Below, piece after piece: positions 26,209-32,678 of a DNA stretch of 32,678 nucleotides. Where the stretch lies: assembly GCA_041730635.1 (NCBI GenBank), contig JBGSBH010000001.1, forward strand, positions 1 through 32,678, read 5' to 3'. The position numbers and the translations under genes are program-made. The DNA is from Cypionkella sp. Its GTDB lineage: Bacteria; Pseudomonadota; Alphaproteobacteria; Sphingomonadales; Sphingomonadaceae. The notes below the pieces were generated by a model. It worked only from the letters and a program-made list of their open reading frames with translations, had not been told where the DNA came from and made no database searches. The number at the start of each line of letters is the position of its first letter. Within the stretch, counting starts at the first letter, position 1.

Positions 26209-27132
26209 ATGACAACCGACCACGACGAGCCCGCAGAGCTCAGCCAGACCGCGGAAGTCCTTCACGAACTCCAGCTCTACGGCTTCCGCCCCTTCCAGGA
26301 CGAGCCCGATCCGCGACTGCTCCCCGAAGGGCGCCTGGTCACCGGCGCGATAGCCGACATCTTCGACGCCCTCGTGGTCACGCTCCAGGACACCCGCCTC
26401 GAGCCCGACCTCGAAGACCTGCTCTGGGGCCAGGTGAACCTCTTCCACCGAGCCTGCGACCGCGTCGAACGCGAGCTCGATGACAACGAGCGCAAGCAGA
26501 AGCGGAGCCAACGCGATCAGGACGGCTCAGAGGTCGCCTCGGTCGAACTCGAAGACCTGATCCGGCAGGGCAAGACGCTTCTGGAGCGCCGCGACGCCTT
26601 CGAACTCATGCGCGACACCGCCGCAGACCTCTACCGCCAGCACACCGGTTCGGTATGGCAGCCCCGCCACGGATCGCTGGTGAGCCGCCGGACGATGACC
26701 GCGACGATGCTCGACAGCCGCGACTTCATCGCCGCCCGCAGACGATCAGAGACCGAGCTCCACCTTCCGACCGGGCCCAAGGTTGCCTTCACCGGCGGGC
26801 TCGATTGCAACGACGTGCCTGCGATCTGGGCCGCGCTCGACCGAGTGCGCGCCAAGCACCCTGACATGGTGCTGCTCCACGGTGGCAGCCCGAAGGGTGC
26901 CGAGCTGATTGCCCAGAAGTGGGCCGAGCACCGCGGCATCACACCGATCCCATTCAAGCCCGACTGGACGCGCCATGCCAAGGCCGCACCGTTCAAGCGC
27001 AACGACGCCATGCTCGACGTCCTGCCGATCGGGGTCGTCGTGTTCCCCGGCACCGGCATTCAGGACAACCTCGCCGACAAAGCCCGGAAGCTCGGCATTC
27101 CGCTGTTCGACTTCCGGAAGGGTGGCGCGTAA
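26209..27132 (+). CDS. DUF2493 (SLOG/YspA-related) domain protein
   Basis: ELQLYGFRPFQDEPDPR N-terminus; KVAFTGG, VLLHGGSPKGAELIA and FKRNDAML...VFPGTGI SLOG-like C-terminus; AGGAGG RBS. Confidence 0.85.
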   Translation: MTTDHDEPAELSQTAEVLHELQLYGFRPFQDEPDPRLLPEGRLVTGAIADIFDALVVTLQDTRLEPDLEDLLWGQVNLFHRACDRVERELDDNERKQKRSQRDQDGSEVASVELEDLIRQGKTLLERRDAFELMRDTAADLYRQHTGSVWQPRHGSLVSRRTMTATMLDSRDFIAARRRSETELHLPTGPKVAFTGGLDCNDVPAIWAALDRVRAKHPDMVLLHGGSPKGAELIAQKWAEHRGITPIPFKPDWTRHAKAAPFKRNDAMLDVLPIGVVVFPGTGIQDNLADKARKLGIPLFDFRKGGA

Positions 27133-27172
27133 GCGCCGCCCACGCCCTTATCCCTGCGGGTCGCGCTCTCCG

Positions 27173-27403
27173 CTAAGCGGCGAAGTGGGCGTCGTGACAG
27201 AACGACACGACGTTGTTCCCGTAACCGACCACAATGCCTAGCGCCTTGCACGCTTCGGCGATGTCCTCTCCGCGCTGACCGCGAAAACGACTGATCTCCG
27301 CAGCCGCGTAGAAATCCGGCCACGGCATCGTGAGCACCTGCTTACCCTGGCTCTGCATCCGAGTCTGCACTTCGGCGGCCATTTTGATCGGCGACTTAGG
27401 CAT
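27173..27403 (-). CDS. Hypothetical 76-aa protein, antisense to the backbone
   Basis: Protein-like composition without the R/P/A shadow-ORF bias; fills the gap after DUF2493; AT-richer upstream region. Confidence 0.55.
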   Translation of the reverse strand: MPKSPIKMAAEVQTRMQSQGKQVLTMPWPDFYAAAEISRFRGQRGEDIAEACKALGIVVGYGNNVVSFCHDAHFAA

Positions 27404-27706
27404 CGTTTAGCTCTCACTTAAGCAGAAGATAGTGATCCGTAACTCAGCCCAAGCCTCCCCGTCAACCTCATCTCCTGGACGAGCACCCCACGCCTTTCGT
27501 CACCTGACTGCTCCTCGGACCGCCCCACTCTCCTCGGCTTACCTGTGTCCGGTGCGCGGCCTTGTACGATCAACCCGCAAGGGGTCGGCTAAGCGGGAGC
27601 TTGCCGCCTCTGCGCTGACGCTCCGAGGTGAGCGCGGCCCCGCGTCGGCCCGCCGGACGCCTGTCGAGCGGGGACGGTCCCCGCTCCGAGACAGGAGCTT
27701 CGGACC

Positions 27707-27871
27707 ATGCCGCTCACCCTCGCCCAGAAGTTTGCTTACAATCTCGCGCTGACGCTGATGGTCAGCGTGGTCCTGTTCCGGACCGACAGCGGCTACGCCG
27801 TCATGGTCGAGGCCGAGTTCGACGGCGACACTGCGCTCATCGTCCACCTCTACGATCCCTACGACAGATGA
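27707..27871 (+). CDS. Small 54-aa protein (below the ORF-track cutoff)
   Basis: AGGAG RBS, then MPLTLAQKFAYNLALTLMVSVVLFRTDSGYAVMVEAEFDGDTALIVHLYDPYDR*; high GC at third codon positions. Confidence 0.7.
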   Translation: MPLTLAQKFAYNLALTLMVSVVLFRTDSGYAVMVEAEFDGDTALIVHLYDPYDR

Positions 27872-28005
27872 CGCTCTTCATCTGCCTTTTCGCGGCTGCG
27901 CCGGGACAGATCACCGTTCCGGCCGAGCGCCTCGCGTGCTATGCTCACCATGCGCTGCGGTGGAGGTGGAGGCGCGTCCCAACCCGCTCGACTGGAGGAC
28001 GCCCC

Positions 28006-28449
28006 ATGCTGATTATCTCCTTGATCGCTGTCGTCGGCACCTTGTGCTGGCTTGTCTTCACGTTCGCCGTTTACGCGGTCCCGGCGTTTGCCGGCCTCTC
28101 CGCGGCGAGCTTCGCTTACCAGACCGGCGCCGGCGCGCTCGGCGCTGCCGTGGTCGGCCTAGCTAGCGCCGCACTCACCCTCGCCATGTTCCGGCTGCTG
28201 TTCGCCGTGACGCGCAGCGCCGCGCTGCGGCGTGCGCTTGCCCTCGGCTTTGCCGGGCCGGCCGCTTTCGCCGGCTACCACGCTGCGCTGGGCGTGGCCG
28301 GGATGGGAACGGAGGTTGTGGCCTGGTCGCAGGCGCTCGGCGTGATCGGCGGGTTGGTGGTCGGCATCGTCGCCTGGTCGCGCCTGACCGCCTACGCCCC
28401 GCCCGCCGTCCCGGGCGGAACCTCTCCGGCCACCATCGCGGGATCCTGA
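28006..28449 (+). CDS. Small multi-pass membrane protein of the ICE backbone
   Basis: GGAGG RBS before ATG 28006; MLIISLIAVVGTLCWLVFTFAVYAVPAFAG...AFAGYHAALG with 4-5 hydrophobic segments. Confidence 0.75.
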   Translation: MLIISLIAVVGTLCWLVFTFAVYAVPAFAGLSAASFAYQTGAGALGAAVVGLASAALTLAMFRLLFAVTRSAALRRALALGFAGPAAFAGYHAALGVAGMGTEVVAWSQALGVIGGLVVGIVAWSRLTAYAPPAVPGGTSPATIAGS

Positions 28450-28839
28450 GCAGGCGGAGTCCCGACCGCCGGCGCGGCTTTCGCTCTCAACGGTGCGGAT
28501 CGTGACGTGGCGGATGCTGGTCATCGCTTGCCCGATCGTCGCCACTGTCACTGCGATGGCTCTGAGACTCAGGACGGCGACTCGCGCTTAGGCCGCCATT
28601 CCGCTTCGTGGGTGCAAGTCTGCATCGATCGCCATGGTGCGAGCGGACACCAGCCTGCGCATAGGTCGGAGCCTGTCTTTCCACGCTCATGGGGCCTGAC
28701 GCCTTGTCGGCGGTGGCGAGGGGTGGCCAGCCTTGTCTCCGGGGTGGTCCGCTCCCGGCCCTCACGGCCTCTCTTTCGGCTCTGTCTGGCCGGGGTCGGG
28801 CTGAAGCCCTCGACCGCCTGGCCGCAACGGAGCCGTTCA

Positions 28840-28908
28840 ACTTTCTTCCCCTGACCTTCGGTCATTCCTCACGAAGCAAGAAAGCCGCCCGTCTCCGTCC
28901 TCCGCTGC
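28840..28908 (+). repeat. Structured leader repeat type 2, copy B (upstream of DUF736)
   Basis: ACTTTCTTCCCC-[TGACC ttc GGTCA]-TTCCTCACGAAGCAAGAAAG...CCGTCCTCCGCTGC. Confidence 0.8.
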
Positions 28909-29006
28909 CGCTGCGGGCCCAAGGGCTGCGGCGTCGGTCGCCCCGGCCGGTCGACAAGCCATCGAGGCCGCGATGGGCGCGGGCTCGAGACCTAAGGAGA
29001 CTGAAC

Positions 29007-29327
29007 ATGGCCACCATCGGCACCTTCAAGAAGTCCGGCAACGAGCTCACCGGCGAGATCGTCACCCTTTCCGTCCAGGCCAAGAACGTCCGCTTCGTCC
29101 CGAACGACGCCCGCGGCAATGACAAGGCTCCCGACTACCGGGTGATGGCCGGGCGGGCCGAGATCGGCGCCGCCTGGGCCGAGCGCTCGAAGAACGGCGT
29201 CGACTACCACTCGGTCAAGCTCGACGACCCCAGCTTCTCCGGCCCGATCTACGCCAACCTGTTCGAGGGCGAAGACGGCGAATATCAGCTGGTCTGGACC
29301 CGCGGCCGCCGCCAGAACGGCGACTAA
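29007..29327 (+). CDS. DUF736 family protein
   Basis: MATIGTFKKSG...GEIVTLS...APDYRV...EIGAAW...SVKLDDPSF..PIYANL...LVWTR; AAGGAG RBS. Confidence 0.92.
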   Translation: MATIGTFKKSGNELTGEIVTLSVQAKNVRFVPNDARGNDKAPDYRVMAGRAEIGAAWAERSKNGVDYHSVKLDDPSFSGPIYANLFEGEDGEYQLVWTRGRRQNGD

Positions 29328-29340
29328 GGCCTCCCACGAC

Positions 29341-29371
29341 GCCCCGTCCGGAACACCGGGCGGGGCTCTTC
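29341..29371 (+). terminator. Intrinsic terminator after DUF736
   Basis: GCCCCGTCCGG-aaca-CCGGGCGGGGC stem followed by TCTTT. Confidence 0.65.
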
Positions 29372-29374
29372 GCG

Positions 29375-29677
29375 TCAAAGCACGCGGACGAAATCTCCAG
29401 GCCGATTGCCGCGCATGCTGCACGACCAGGACCGACCGGACGTGGAATGCAGGATCAGCGAGCCCCGCCTCGGCTGCAGAAGAGGCCGCAGATCGCTCTT
29501 GAGGTCGTCGAAGTCGCCGTGCCGAGGCGGCGTGATCTTCAATGTCGTGAGTTGAGGCACGCGCTCGACGTCATACCCCAACCGCTCTAACCGTCGTATC
29601 ACGCGAGTGACGTTGTCGCCCACGCAACGGTTGAACTCCGCCAGATAGCGACGGCGCACCTTCAACTTACGAGCCAT
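29375..29677 (-). CDS. Hypothetical basic 100-aa protein downstream of qseC
   Basis: GGAG RBS before ATG 29677 (MARKLKVRRRYLAEFNRC...); ends at the DUF736 terminator. Confidence 0.55.
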   Translation of the reverse strand: MARKLKVRRRYLAEFNRCVGDNVTRVIRRLERLGYDVERVPQLTTLKITPPRHGDFDDLKSDLRPLLQPRRGSLILHSTSGRSWSCSMRGNRPGDFVRVL

Positions 29678-29755
29678 GCATCGACTCCGATACAATCGCC
29701 CATCAATAAGCGGGCTTGCGTTCGTCAGTATTGTAACGGCGACCCGTTCGACTTT

Positions 29756-29962
29756 CTAGGGCCGCAGCAGCTCGAACGGCTCCACTTCCAGCACGCGCGC
29801 GAGGCTCTCGACCACATCAATGGTGGCGCCATACTGCATGCGCTCGAGCGAGCTCACATAGGTGCGGTCGATGTGCGCGCGGTGAGCCAACTCCTCCTGG
29901 CTCAGCCCTCTTTCCGTTCGACAGCGCTTTAGGTTCCGCGCCAGCACCTCTCGTATCGACAT
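29756..29962 (-). CDS. qseC: XRE-family HTH controller (QseC-like)
   Basis: LARNLKRCRTERGLSQEELAHRAHIDRTYVSSLER is a C-protein-like HTH; divergent from the QseM-like gene. Confidence 0.8.
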   Translation of the reverse strand: MSIREVLARNLKRCRTERGLSQEELAHRAHIDRTYVSSLERMQYGATIDVVESLARVLEVEPFELLRP

Positions 29963-29981
29963 AGGCGAGAGGAGCGCGGCT

Positions 29982-30014
29982 TGTAGAGTATTTCACCACG
30001 GAGTATTCTCTACA
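29982..30014. promoter_or_regulatory. QseC/C-box-like operator pair
   Basis: TGTAGAG (29982-29988) / CTCTACA (30008-30014) inverted repeat with GAGTATT direct repeats 15 bp apart (29986, 30001), about 20 nt upstream of the qseC start. Confidence 0.65.
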
Positions 30015-30174
30015 CGACTGCCTTGCTCGTACTCGGAACATCCTGATCGATGATCGACCAAGCGCGCTTTCCGCCCGAAACGCCCCTGCAGGGTGGCCGA
30101 AGCCGTTGCCTCTCTCACCGACTTGCGTCACCCGTTCCGGCCGACTCGTCACTGCAGCGAGAGGAACAGCCACG

Positions 30175-30447
30175 ATGACTTCCGTCATTCCGGCCATAGC
30201 CGCAGTCGCGCCTTCCGACACCGTGCTGACCGGCTACGACCAAGCGCACGCGATCACCTATTTGCGGTTGCTCGATGCCGAGGCCGAGGGCGCGGACTGG
30301 CGCGAGGTCGCGCGCGTGGTGCTTGGCTGCGATCCCGACAACGATCTCGACTGCGCAAAAGAAACGTACGAGTCGCACCTGGCGCGCGCTAGATGGATGA
30401 CGACCCACGGCTACGAGCACCTGCTGCGCGGGGGCTCGCCGCACTGA
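30175..30447 (+). CDS. qseM: DUF2285 antiactivator (QseM-like)
   Basis: LTGYDQAHAITYLRLLDAEAEGADWREVARVVLGCDP...SHLARARWMTTHGYEHLL resembles QseM; sits between qseC and fseA. Confidence 0.85.
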   Translation: MTSVIPAIAAVAPSDTVLTGYDQAHAITYLRLLDAEAEGADWREVARVVLGCDPDNDLDCAKETYESHLARARWMTTHGYEHLLRGGSPH

Positions 30448-30574
30448 CGCACGGCTGCTTTGCGCCGCCCGCAAGGGTCGTTGCGAAATCGCCCACTTCT
30501 CACGCCTAAGTTGATGCGCAACCTTAGAGTTTACGCCCTCGGCGTTCCGCCCGGGCGGTGACCGAGTAGCTGTT

Positions 30575-31328
30575 ATGGTGCGTCCGAACTGGCGTGATCC
30601 CGCCGACTACGAGCCGCTCCGCTCCGCCGACGTCGCCACGCTCGCCGGCGAGTTCCTCCGCCGCAACCCGGATTACCAGGCTGATCGCGAGCGGCTCGCC
30701 CGGCTCGCGGCGCAGCACGAACTCACACCAGCTGAACATGACGCGTTTGCATCGACTTGGGGGTGCCGATTTCGCGGCGCGCGACGAACCTTTGACGTGG
30801 ACAGCGCAGGCGCTCCCCACCGTCATCGGCGTGGTTGCGACGCCAGCGACGTTGACGGGACCATCACTGCCGGCCGACGCAAGAGCGCTGCCTGACACGG
30901 CGGAACTGCGCATCGCGCTGCCGCCGGATGGCGCTGCGGATGCGGTGCTGCTGCCATTGGATGAACACTTCCAGACCCGCGTCGCTGCAGCGCTCCGGGT
31001 CTGGCGCGTGCTCACGGGCCGTAGGCCCGGCCCCGATCCGCAGGCGCTGGCCCCGCAGCGGCGCAGCCGCCTCCTGCTCGCGCTGCGAGCGCTCGACGGG
31101 CGGCTGGCGCACGCCAGCTACCGCCAGCTCGCAGAAGGACTGTTCGGCCCGCTGCCGCTTCGCGGTGACGCGGACTGGAACAGCCATGACCTTCGCGACC
31201 GCACGATCCGGCTCGCCCGCCTAGGTGTGGAGCTGAGCCGCGGCGGCTATCGCCACCTGCTGCTGTACCCCGATCGCCGCCTGCGCTGGCACGCTCGACG
31301 GCCCTCTTCCTCGTCCCGGCCGGCCTAA
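30575..31328 (+). CDS. fseA: Frameshifted excision activator (DUF6499-DUF2285; +1 programmed frameshift at ~30770-30773), about 250 aa
   Basis: ORF1 has WRDPADY...EFLRRNPDY. Slippery site TGG GGG TGC CGA TTT CGC. The +1 frame continues AARDEPLTW...LRALDGRLAHASYRQLAEGLFG...W...LRDRTIRL...GGYRHLL. Confidence 0.85.
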
Positions 31329-31348
31329 TCGCCAGCTGCGGCAGGGGT

Positions 31349-31376
31349 GGCGATCTCGCACCCCCTCGGCTTCGCC
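31349..31376 (+). promoter_or_regulatory. FseA-box-like inverted repeat upstream of rdfS
   Basis: GGCGAT-N16-TTCGCC about 90 nt upstream of the rdfS start. Confidence 0.6.
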
Positions 31377-31467
31377 ATAGGGCGGCCCGATCGCGCTTCG
31401 CCATGACTGCCCCGGACGGCGCTCCGCATCCCGCGAGCGCCGGAGACGATCCGGAGGCGCTACGCTC

Positions 31468-31749
31468 ATGTCGACCCAACCCAACATGCCGCCCAGATAC
31501 CTGCGCACGCCCGAGGCGGCGCGGTTCCTCGGCCTTTCCGGCCGCACGCTCGAGAAGCATCGGACTTACGGCACCGGACCCAAATACTCGAAGATCGGCG
31601 GCCGTGTCGTCTACCGGCTCGAGGATCTCCAGGCCTGGGTCAGCCGCGGCGACAAGACATCGACCAGCGACGACACGGGCGACGTCGTGCTGCCCGCAAA
31701 GCGCCACGCGGCCGTTTCGCCCGCCTATGTCGGGTTGCGGCCGCGATGA
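31468..31749 (+). CDS. rdfS: Recombination directionality factor / excisionase (winged HTH)
   Basis: RYLRTPEAARFLGLSGRTLEKHRTYGTGPKYSKIGGRVVYRLEDLQAW...STSD; immediately downstream of fseA. Confidence 0.85.
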   Translation: MSTQPNMPPRYLRTPEAARFLGLSGRTLEKHRTYGTGPKYSKIGGRVVYRLEDLQAWVSRGDKTSTSDDTGDVVLPAKRHAAVSPAYVGLRPR

Positions 31750-32228
31750 CGTCGGATCGTGGTTCCGAGCAGCTTGTCCACGTTGAGCTCACGCACGTCG
31801 AGGACGTGGTGCAGCGCTGGGTCCGCTTCGGCCGCCATGCGGCCGAGCGGATCGTCGACCGCCGCTCGCGCGTGCTGTCGTTCGCACCGGGCGCGGTCTT
31901 CGCGTTCGTGCGCTGGCGCAAGGGCGAGCACGGAACGGTCGAGAGCCGGCTCGACATCCTGCGCGCCGTGAATACCGGCGAGGCGCTGACCGTCGTGCCG
32001 TTCGTGCGGCCCGGCGGCGAGAGCCTGCTGCGCGTCTCGGGCTGGCCGAAGGTCTCCTGCGCGCTGGAGGCGATCGACGCCGTCGAGGCCGCCGGATGCG
32101 ACCCGGCCGACGCCGCGCCCGAGCACTGGCGGCACGTCCACCATTGTCTGAGCTGCGGGCTCGCGCCCCGCCGCTACTCGCCGGCGCGTCACTACGCCTG
32201 GCTGCTCAGAAGGAGTCTCACGGCATGA
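31746..32228 (+). CDS. DUF2840 domain protein
   Basis: VELTHVEDVVQRWVRFG, FAFVRW, GTVESRLDILRA, PFVRPGGESLL, GWPKV, IDAVEAAGCDPADAAPEHWRHVH; ATGA overlaps at both ends. Confidence 0.85.
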   Translation: MTSDRGSEQLVHVELTHVEDVVQRWVRFGRHAAERIVDRRSRVLSFAPGAVFAFVRWRKGEHGTVESRLDILRAVNTGEALTVVPFVRPGGESLLRVSGWPKVSCALEAIDAVEAAGCDPADAAPEHWRHVHHCLSCGLAPRRYSPARHYAWLLRRSLTA

Positions 32229-32678
32229 CCATCCGCTTCGATTTCGCGCGCCCGCTGCCGCGTCGCGGCGCCCTGGTGGTCGCCGCCGCGGTGGCGCTCC
32301 TCACCGTCCCGGCTGTCTTCGACCTGCCGACCCGGCTCGTCTGGAACGTCTCGGCGAGCGTGCCGACCGGGCTCTACGCCGTGCGACCGAACGCACCGCT
32401 CCGTCCGGGCGTGCTCGCCGCCGTCATGCCGCCCGAGCCGCTCGCGACCTGGCTCCTCGAAGGCGGTTACCTCGGTCGCGGCGTGCCGCTCATCAAGCGC
32501 GTGGAGGCGCTGCCGGGCCAGCGCGTCTGCCGCGAAGGCGGACGCGTTACCGTCGAGGGTCGGCGGCGGGCGATCGCCCGCGATGCCGACCGGTTCGGCC
32601 GTCCGCTGCCGCGCTGGAGCGGCTGCGTGGTCGTCGCCGAAGGTCAGCTCTTCCTCTTGAACGCGGACCATCCGGACT
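32225..32678 (+). CDS. traF: S26-family conjugative peptidase (truncated by the window end)
   Basis: ATG 32225; LVWNVSASVPTGLY, PLIKRVEALPGQRVCR, GRPLPRWSGC, LFLLN. Confidence 0.9.
   Translation, partial: MTIRFDFARPLPRRGALVVAAAVALLTVPAVFDLPTRLVWNVSASVPTGLYAVRPNAPLRPGVLAAVMPPEPLATWLLEGGYLGRGVPLIKRVEALPGQRVCREGGRVTVEGRRRAIARDADRFGRPLPRWSGCVVVAEGQLFLLNADHPD

Larger units (their letters stand above)
5640..32678. mobile_element. Alphaproteobacterial ICE (ICEMlSym/Tn4371-like regulatory and leading region) with defence cargo; continues beyond the window; left boundary approximate
   Basis: DUF932-ParB-toprim-DUF2493-DUF736-qseC-qseM-fseA-rdfS-DUF2840-traF backbone. Codon usage shifts from host-like to more A/T-ending codons after ~5.65 kb. 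No integrase or att repeat is visible in the window. Confidence 0.8.

Noticed and set aside
21204-28908. CRISPR array interpretation of the repeats
   Set aside because: Only two copies per family, kilobases apart and each tied to a gene start; no spacers or cas genes.

Overview
High-GC alphaproteobacterial (Sphingomonadales/Erythrobacteraceae-like) chromosomal segment that runs into an integrative conjugative element (ICE). 1-5.6 kb is housekeeping DNA: a truncated ahcY with a SahR-type operator, a peroxiredoxin, a single-domain response regulator, a PAP2 protein, folE and a phospholipase D. The first ~113 nt are AT-rich foreign coding DNA fused into ahcY, probably an assembly chimera. 5.7-21.0 kb is a co-directional minus-strand defence island: MORC/GHKL-ATPase-histidine-kinase fusion, large receiver protein, XRE HTH, then sspA-sspB-sspC-sspD (cysteine desulfurase, DUF4007, P-loop ATPase, PAPS reductase; an Ssp/BREX type 4-like DNA phosphorothioation module), then a second GHKL ATPase and an Mrr-like endonuclease. 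No SspE, SspFGH, BrxL or DNA methyltransferase is recognisable, so this is the best candidate for an undescribed system. 21.2-32.7 kb is ICE backbone: DUF932, ParB, toprim, DUF2493, DUF736, qseC/qseM, a +1-frameshifted fseA, rdfS, DUF2840 and traF, with two families of covarying structured leader repeats. All family calls come from motif recognition by eye; no database searches were run.
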